Program-made: the position numbers and the translations under genes
Origin: Octopus sinensis
Taxonomy: Eukaryota
Length of the DNA stretch: 31,412 nt
Direction: 5' to 3'
Assembly: GCF_006345805.1 (NCBI RefSeq)
Contig: NW_021832294.1
Location: forward strand, 1 to 31,412
Part shown: positions 23,073 to 31,412 of the stretch, piece after piece
Layout: every line of letters begins with the position of its first letter
How positions within the stretch are numbered: position 1 is the stretch's first letter
Notes under the pieces: model-generated
What the model was told of the DNA's origin: nothing
Database searches by the model: none
The model's input: only the letters and a program-made list of their open reading frames with translations

Positions 23073-23126
<54 letters not shown>

Positions 23127-23160
23127 TATTATTATTATATTATTATTATTATTATATTAT
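23073..23160. repeat. (ATT)n microsatellite (SINE tail)
   Basis: Direct reading. Confidence 0.95.
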
Positions 23161-23162
23161 TT

Positions 23163-23416
23163 GAGGTACTGAGCTGGCAGAACCGTTAGCACTCCGGGCA
23201 AAATGCTTAGTAGTATTTCATCCATCATTAGTTTCTGAGTTCAAATCCCCCGAGGTCAACTTCACATTTCATTATTTCGAGGTCTATAAATTAAATACCA
23301 GTTGAGTACTAGGGGCTATGTAATCGACTAACTCCCCCTATCCAAGAATATGTCAGGCTTTGTGCTTATAAAGTGGAACGACTATTATTATTGTTGTTAT
23401 TATTATTATTATTATT
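23163..23416 (+). mobile_element. Full-length second-family SINE with (ATT)n tail
   Basis: GAGCTGGCAGAACCGTTAGC A box, GAGTTCAAATCC B box, central domain, tail 23383-23416. Confidence 0.8.
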
Positions 23417-24619
23417 CTATGTTTGACTTTTGCTTTATATTTGTACAAGTTGGCTCCAAGTCTCACCCAGAGACCTCAAGAGACAACAGGGTTGGAAGTT
23501 CATGTTGTTGTTATGCCTAGTGTGCCATATATTTGGGGGGTGGGGATGTTGTACTAATGAATGTCTAAAAAAATAAAAAAAAAAGTTTTTTTTTTTTTTT
23601 TTTAAACCGAAAATTATGGTTGTTTTAAACCTTGAGGTTACATAGAGAGTATTTTGCGTAGGATATGAGCAGTTCCCTTGAGCACTATCTTTTGAACTTC
23701 TGCCATTTTTGGGTTTCCTGGTATCTGAGTTAGGTAGCTATCAGCCCCTTTTGCTATCATTCCCAGGGCACCTATGACAACAGGTATTGTTTTAGTCTTC
23801 AGCTTCCCATTTTGCTGATTTCTATTTCAAGATCTTTATATTTGCTCAGTTTTTGGTAGGTCCTGACAGATACGTTTATATCGATTGGGACAGTCATATC
23901 AATGAGGAGGCATGTTCTTTGTTTGAAGTCTTTCAATATGATGTCTGGCCTATTTGCATCTATCTTCCTGTCAGTTTGAATGGTGAAGTTCCAGAGGAGT
24001 GAGATGTGGTCATTTTCAAGCACTGGGGGTGGTTTGTGTTCCCACCAGTTTTTTTTCATGGGGCAAATCCAGGTTTTTACAGATTACCCAGTGAATATAT
24101 TGTGCAGCTCTATCGTGCCTGTTGAGATACTCTGTAGGCGCTAGAAGACTGCACTTGGAGACCACATGGTCATGGTTTCATTTTGTTGCTTGCATACACG
24201 ACACGTTGGACTGCTTCTGATCTTTAATATGTTGGCCTGGTAGTTTCTTGTTGGTAGGCATTGATCTTGAGCTGCTATGATAAACCCCTCTGTTTCAGAT
24301 TTTAAGCCAGAGGCCATTAGCCATTGATGGGTCAGGGCTTTGTCGATATCTGCATTATTCGCTCTCTTTGGGTATTTGCCATAGAGAGGTTTTTCTTGCC
24401 ATTTATTATTCAGAATATCTAAGGCCGCAGATTTGGCACGGGTTTTCATGCGCCTAGCTTTTTCTGTGCTTGTTTCTTGTATGTCTATCTCTAATTCCGA
24501 AATGGTTGTATTCGGAATTTCACTGATATTCCTTTGCCTGTTTTGTGACTGAGTATGATGCTTTCTTGTTTTCATGTTTTGAGACAAGTTTTAACATCCA
24601 GTCCTTTAACATCCAGTCC

Positions 24620-24620
<1 letters not shown>
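23417..24620 (-). mobile_element. 5'-truncated R4/Dong-clade LINE: CCHC knuckle, restriction-like endonuclease and 3' UTR
   Basis: Minus strand WQEKPLYG, LKSETEGFIIAAQDQ, CRVC..NET, NRPDI...LIDMTVP.D.N...KLSKYKDL (PD-D/ExK), C-terminus GTAHILRKILSM* (stop at 23638-23640); 3' UTR runs into (AAT)n. (TAA)n tracts lie on both sides. Confidence 0.93.
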
Positions 24621-24666
<46 letters not shown>

Positions 24667-24686
24667 CATTATTATTATTATCATTA
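24621..24686. repeat. (TTA)n microsatellite at the LINE 5' junction
   Basis: Direct reading. Confidence 0.95.
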
Positions 24687-24972
24687 GTTTATTTAAATTC
24701 TTTCGTCTCACATACTATGATCTCCTCAGCGACTCTCTGCTACGCCTATTTCTTCTAATCCCGCTTATTCTTTATTAAAACTTATATTAAATGTCTACTT
24801 TTCTACTGTTTGTCAAGTGGATTGTTTGCCAAATAATTTATACTCGGAACAATTGTACAAACGGAATTTCCCACTTGGTGCAGCTACATATCTTAGTAAT
24901 TGTTTGAATGAATACACTCATATACACAACACACATATATATGTGTGTGTGTATATATATATCTATCTATCG

Positions 24973-25040
<68 letters not shown>

Positions 25041-25289
25041 TGTGTATGTATATATATATAAGCATAGTAGAAATATGTTAAAGAAGGAAATTATAAAATA
25101 CACGTGGAAATGTAAGGATAAAAGATGATATATGTATATGTATATATATATATATATTTAGAGAGAGAGAGAGAGAGAGACTTTTAGTGGGGGGCAACCG
25201 GATCGAACCTTCCCAAGTGTAACTACCCGAGATGGTCGTGACTTGTGGGACTTGACTGAGGAAAGGAAGCGTTATTTTTTTTACCATTT

Positions 25290-25298
25290 ATATATGTA

Positions 25299-25337
<39 letters not shown>

Positions 25338-25484
25338 CAATCTATTTATAGAAGTTTCTGTTTGTTTATCTGTCTAATTATTTTTTGAATTATCTCTCTC
25401 TCTTTCTCCCTTTCTTTCTTTTTCTTTCCCTCTCTCCCTGTTCCACACTTTCTTTTACTATCTCTTTTTCTCTCCTGCTGTCTT

Positions 25485-25529
<45 letters not shown>

Positions 25530-25530
25530 T
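25290..25530. repeat. (TG)n and (CT)n/pyrimidine-rich low-complexity tract
   Basis: Direct reading. Confidence 0.9.
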
Positions 25531-25661
25531 CGTGCTGCTATTTTTAGTGTGCTGGTGCTGCTTGTAGGACCTTTAATCATTAATTAATGATGCTTTACCT
25601 TATGGGTTTTTTTACGCATGTTCGCCACTTGATATTATTGTAAGCAATAATATCCAAATAC

Positions 25662-25692
<31 letters not shown>

Positions 25693-26089
25693 ATATATGC
25701 ACTTATACACAAGTGTGTATGATTGTGTATAGAAGAATATATTCCTGAAAGAAATTCCAACTTTGATTTTCCTGATTTATTTACAATCTTATAATAATAT
25801 ATGATAAGAGAAGATAACATAATGAAGCGATAGAATATCAAATATCCACTCTGATTGAACTAGTACTTTCATGCATTCTTCAAGTTGTATAAAAATAGTT
25901 ATTGTCTGCCTCATTCGAAAGAGAAATAAAGTCTCCATAAGGTGTAAAAGGTAGAAATAATTTGTATGGTGTTAGTAACAATATATTTTGTTAGAAATAG
26001 GACTATTATCATCGGTCTTAAATTTAATTTCGCCAGTGTAGATATGTGTGTGATAAAATATTAATTTTAAATATTTACAGGAAAGTAGC

Positions 26090-26590
26090 AAAAATTGATT
26101 ACATTACAATGCCGGTTTCAAATATGACTTCAGTATAATTTTTTACAGAAATTAGAAAATGTTTATCCACTTATCTGAATATTCTCTTACCTCATGAAAG
26201 TTTATTGTCTCATTTTGCGGCTTGTATCGGATAAGAATACTGACCGAAGTACACATTTGTTATAACCCGTTATGTGTTTTTTTTTAACGGCAGTGTCAGT
26301 ATTTTCTGTCGATGTATGTGATTCGCTGTACTTTAATATCCGGAAAATAAATCCATTTTCCAGAAATTCACCATTCCTACACGACGCAAAGTAATATGAG
26401 ATGAGGTGTTTTGCTTAAGAACGCAATACAAGTCCCTTTACGAGAATTGAAACCGAGATCTCGCTATCGTGAATTGAGCACCATTAACAGCGTGGTCATA
26501 CGCCTTGGACACCAATTATATTATTAAACATGGTATATGACATATGTAGGCGTGACAGCATCCCAGAAATCCTTCTTATCTACTAGGCGT
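26090..26590. repeat. Older, more diverged copy of the B'/C junction and first half of module C
   Basis: AAAATTGATT...GCCGGTTTCAAATATGACTTCAG...TTATCCACTTATCTGAATATT...AATATCCGGAAAATAAATCCATTTTCCAG aligns with 6715-7205 with more substitutions and indels. Confidence 0.8.
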
Positions 26591-26754
26591 TTTCCTGAAG
26601 CAACACCCACTGAATTTTCATGGAACCCCAAAAAGATCTGAGCGTTACTTCTAAGAGATGTCTCTTGTCAGCTAACGATATGGCGTTGTATCATGTAATG
26701 ATAGAAGGTCTGACGCAGAAAATTGCGTTGTTTGATGTTGTGATACAAAGTTTG

Positions 26755-27103
26755 AGAACGAGGCCAATTTTAGGTACGTTTCTTTGTTTGTATGATTTTT
26801 TTTGTGCTTTACTTAGGGTGTTGTGGTCGACGTTGTTGTTTGCCCTGACTGATTTCTTAAATGACATCTAGGACTGAATTATTCTGCTACTAGCAGAAGA
26901 ATGGAAGTGATATTCTACGTGGTTTACTCTGCATGTGTGTTTAGTATATTGTAACTTTCATGCACATAGGTTATCTCAAGTACAACATACCCTCGAATAT
27001 TTAGAACGAGGCCAATTTTAGGTACATATCTTTGTTTGTTTCTTTTTTTGTGTGTGTTTTACTTAGGATGTTGTTGTTCACGTTGTTCTTTGCCCTGACT
27101 GAT
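26755..27103. repeat. ~100-bp direct repeat (26755-26853, 27003-27103) flanking a 149-bp piece of module C
   Basis: Both copies run AGAACGAGGCCAATTTTAGGTAC...TGCCCTGACTGAT; 26854-27002 matches ~7675-7820. Confidence 0.88.
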
Positions 27104-27659
27104 CGTAATTTTGCACAAAGTCATTCCAATTATAGCCTACTAATTTTTTTTTTATTCCAACATTAGCAACCATGTCCTCCATTATCTAAAATAAGAGTGT
27201 GTGATTGGAAAGTGATTTCGCAGCTATTTCCAGGTGTTTGATGGAAAACATTATAAACATATCTGCGTCACAAGCCAATATTTCCTGATTGAGTAAAGCT
27301 ATGATCAGAGGACATCCAGTGGTCATCTTCCCATCCATTTAGTTATATAGCATTGTCTCCGGTCTCTAGGTGAGCAGGGTTTTCCCTGAATTCAATTGCT
27401 TAAGTACACATGCAACCAAAAACCCATAGGACACTTGTATACCACTAAAAACATGCTTCCAACTCCTCAGATCTGAATGCTTCGCCACCTTCCCATCCCC
27501 GCAGGACTTTCAAATGAAAAAATAAGTTGTACAGTTAAAAAGTACAGAGCTTAAATTTAAAAGATAATATTAAACAAGAAGATCCAAGCAAAATAGTCGG
27601 CAATGCATGTACACAATGTCCGTACAAAAATTTACAAATTACTTTGCAGCGTTTCTGTC

Positions 27660-27997
27660 GGCTTTTCGCATTCTGAGTTACTTTCCAGTCGAACTCCCCT
27701 TTGCCTTTCATTTCTCAGAGGTGCTGAAGTCCAATTAGTTGACTGACTACTTCCCCCAACAATAACAAAACCACTGGCATTCATCCTAAGCCAGAGACAA
27801 CATTATATGAGCGGCAATCTAGGATTTCAGGACAAAGAATTGCTACGCGGTGTCATATGTAATTATGTATGGTTATATAAAGATGCATCAGGATATATAT
27901 ACATACACAAACATGTGTGTGTGTAAGTGTACCTGTGTGGGTTTGTGTATGTGAATGTGTGCAATTATGTACGTTTGTGTGTGTATATATATATATA

Positions 27998-28047
<50 letters not shown>
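27660..28047. repeat. Isolated copy of module D
   Basis: GTCGAACTCCCCTTTGCCTTTCATTTCTCAGAGGTGCTGAAGTCCAATTAG...GCTACGCGGTGTCATATGTAAT matches 10460-10760. Confidence 0.88.
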
Positions 28048-28049
<2 letters not shown>

Positions 28050-29160
28050 CGTAAAGCCCTGTGATTGGATTTGGAAGACAGAAACTTAAAGAAGCCCGTC
28101 GTATATATTTATATATATGTGCGTGTGTGTGTCTATATGTTTCTATGTGTTATTCTATTGGTAATTTTGCCGATCCGCTATGTTAAGTGGGGCGAAAAAA
28201 ACCATGCTGCCAAGCTGTGAATGGAGGATAAACATACACACACATATGTTTGAATGTCTTATTTTATTGGTCACTTTTGCCGATCCGCTATGTTATGGTT
28301 GCTTGGAACCAAATGCTCACCGCCAAATTATCGTCAGAAATTAAATGTTTTATCCACTTATCTGAATATTCTATTTCCTCATATAAGTTTTCTGTCTCAC
28401 GTTCCAGCTGTTATCCGATAAACATACTGAATGAAATAACCTGTTGTAATAATTCTCTAAATATTTTTAAAACGAGAGTTGCAGTATTTTCCCTTGATGT
28501 ATATGATTGGCTGCAATTCTTTAATATCCGGAAAACAAATCCATTTTCCAGCTAGTCACCATTCCTACAAGTCAAATGTTGAAATGGTCGCTGTGCAACA
28601 AATGTTTAACTAATAGTTCTTACGTGCGTGTAACAACGTTATGGTTGCTTGGAACCAAATGCTCTCCGACAAATGACCGTCAGGAACAACGTTATTCTAT
28701 TAAGTTGCATAGTTATAGAAGGATGAGAGAGATGTTAAAATAAATCATATATATGTGTGTGTGTATATAAATAAATTTTAAATCTTAAAAGAAATGTAAC
28801 AAAAATCGATTTATCTATTCGCGTTCTGAGTTCCTTTCCTGTCGAACTCCCCTTTGCCTTTCATTTCTCAGAGGTGCTGAAGTCCAATTAGTCGACTGTC
28901 CACCTCCCCCACAAAACACAACCACTGGCATTCTACCTCATCCAGAAACCACTTTATAGGCGGCAATCTAGGATTTTAGGACAATGAATTCCTACGCGGT
29001 GTCATATGTAATCATGTATGGTTATGTAAATATGCATGAGGATATATATACATCCGCAAACACGCACAAATATATGTGTGTGTGCATGTGAATGTGTGTA
29101 TGTATGTACGTTTGTATATCTATATATATGTATATATATATACATATATAAATATATATG

Positions 29161-29249
<89 letters not shown>

Positions 29250-29430
29250 GAATGTATATGTGAGCGTGTGTCTACATGTGTGTGTGAATACATGCACATG
29301 TGTACGAGGCGAAACATTCACACACACACACACATATATATATAGGTATATAAATACATATATATATATATATATTTATACGCATTTAGATATATACACA
29401 CACACATACGCACACACATATATAAATGTG

Positions 29431-29709
29431 TATTCTTTTTCTTTAATTCTTTTACTTGTTGAAGTCATTTGCCTGCGCCCAAGCTGGAGCACCATATCAA
29501 AAGCCTTTAAGCCCAATAAATTGACATCAGAGCTTATTCTTTGTAAGCCAAGTACTTATTTTATTGGCCGTTTTTGCCGAAACGCAATGTTAAGTAGGAG
29601 GCGTAAAAAACCTGCTGTCAAGATATGAATGGGTAACAAACATAGTCGCAAAGACAAAAACACACATACACAAACAATCAGACTCACATACCACACACAC
29701 ACGTATGCA

Positions 29710-29770
<61 letters not shown>

Positions 29771-29924
29771 ACGAACTTCTTTCGGTTCCGTCTACCAAAT
29801 CCACTCGTAAGAAGTTGGTCGGCCCGAGGTTATAGTAGAAGTCACTTTCCCAAATTGCCATACAGTGGAACTGAACCTGGAACTATCTGCTTGCGAACCA
29901 TGTTTCTTTCCACATAGCCACGCT
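29431..29924 (-). mobile_element. Full-length decayed CORE-type SINE (A'/B' variant)
   Basis: Sister of 11004-11443. Confidence 0.8.
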
Positions 29925-31107
29925 TATGCATGTGTGTTTATGTATTAGTCTATAAATAGGATGAACAGGACAAACAAATATTTATATAATAGTTCTTACG
30001 TGCGTGTAACAACGTTATGTTTGCTTGGAACCAAATGCTCACCGACAAATGACCGTCAGGAGCAACGTTATTCTATTAAGTTGCATAGTAATAGAAAGAT
30101 AGAGAGAGAGGGGAAAATAAGTCATATATACGTGTGTCTCTAGATACAAATGTTAAATCTTAAAAGAAAAGTAACAAAAATTGATTTACCTCTATAACGC
30201 CGGCCCCAAATATGACTTCGGTTTGAATTTTTGACAGAAATTAAATGTTTTATCCACTTATCTGAATATTCTATTGCCTCATATAAGTCTTTGTCTCACC
30301 TTCCAGCTGCCATCCGATAAGAATACTGAATGAAATACCCTGTTGTAATAATTCTCTAATTATTTTTAAAACGAGAGTGGCAGTATTTTTTCTTGATGTA
30401 CGTGATTGGTTGAAATTCTTTAATATCCGGAAAATAAATCCATTTTCCAGCTAGTCCCCATTCCTACACGTCGAGTGTTGAAATGGTCGCTGTACAACAT
30501 AAGATGAATTGTTCTGCGCACAAAACACCACTCGTCCCAGGATCTGAAATCACGACCTTAATCACGATTTCATGTCCTCGACTTCTATTATATTACCAAG
30601 ACTTTATTTTTCATATGTCCTGGCAACACCCAGAGAATATTCTTATCTATTTGACGCTTTTCTAAAACAAACGCCATTGTTTTTATTGATTATTGGGATG
30701 GCGATATCTGCTCAAAGAAACGACCTCCTCTCTCCAGTTACTAAAATGCAAACCAGACGAATTTTCCTCGTTTCCCAGATTATATTTCAGTTGGTTGTAA
30801 AGTATGCTTGTTGTTCACTGGTGACAATACTATAATCAGAGGCGTTTCGGTCATGATCATCCCGTCGATTTACTTACATCGCAATGTGTGTTGGGTTCTT
30901 TCCTTGGTTAAGACGGTAGGGTGTGAGACAATGGAATATCATTGTCTCAAATGCTTACGATAGGGCTGATAGCGCAAACGTTCAAGTAATGGATATTCAT
31001 TAGTCCTGAATCCTACATCTACAACAATTATTGTTTGCCATCAGATGATGTGGATGTTAATTTTCATAGATCTCTCCGAAATATAAGTCCGACCTTACAA
31101 TTAAGAT

Positions 31108-31412
31108 TTGCTTCGAAACTCTGTCTCCCTTTTCAGCTTCCTTTCAGCAACCTTAACCATGTCTCACTATTACTATCTCCTGCAACTATTTTTGCCAATC
31201 GGCCATGCCATATATTCTCTTGTCAGTTAGATTATCTTCCGCCTTTTTTATGGTTTTAAATTTCATTTGGCTTTTCCTTTCATCTCCTACTATAACTCAG
31301 TCAAATCATATATTTTATTCACTATTATATATATCAACTCTAGGTAACTCTACGCTACTTTCTGCTGATATTAAACCCCTTCCAACTTCGTTATTCTAAA
31401 TAAGTGCAATCT
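31108..31412 (-). mobile_element. Second copy of the R4-clade LINE fragment (runs off the window)
   Basis: TTGCTT..AACTCTGTCTCCCTTTTCAGC... aligns with 18235-18545, with the same junction to module C. Confidence 0.8.

Larger units (their letters stand above)
28258..31412. repeat. Higher-order repeat, copy 4 (scrambled A/B/C mosaic, then B-D-A'-B'-C, then R4 LINE junction)
   Basis: 28600-31107 is collinear with ~10260-12690; 31108-31412 matches 18235-18545. Confidence 0.9.

Noticed and set aside
23565-23605. A-run followed by T-run as an intrinsic terminator or hairpin
   Set aside because: Lies inside the LINE 3' UTR; homopolymer expansion is the simpler explanation and bacterial terminators are not relevant here.
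6337-31412. CRISPR-like or other prokaryote-type repeat-spacer array
   Set aside because: Repeats are kb-scale modules containing SINEs and microsatellites, not short repeats with unique spacers; no cas-like ORFs; the DNA is eukaryotic.

Overview
AT-rich, microsatellite-dense animal DNA; the SINE families and repeat landscape suggest an octopus (inference from memory, not a database match). I find no intact cellular gene, RNA gene or CRISPR array. Most ORFs in the supplied track are microsatellite translations or fragments of dead transposons. Recognisable decayed elements: a 5'-truncated Hsmar1-like mariner (2150-2767), an L1/Tx1 endonuclease scrap, a Charlie/SPIN-type hAT transposase split by an 836-bp solo LTR with a perfect 4-bp TSD, a near-complete CR1-clade ORF2 (13111-15867), two R4/Dong-clade LINE fragments, and many tRNA-derived SINEs of two families. 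The main unexplained structure is a ~3.6-kb higher-order tandem repeat with about four partial copies (6337-18234 and 26090-31412). Its (TA)n tracts carry different insertions in different copies, and its breakpoints sit on microhomologies. Smaller notable items: a ~320-bp foldback element, a degenerate Penelope-type hammerhead motif, and a Dong-like LINE inserted in a (TAA)n tract. I do not see evidence for a new protein-coding system; the findings concern genome structure and transposon biology. Coordinates were read by hand and may be off by a few bases at decayed ends.
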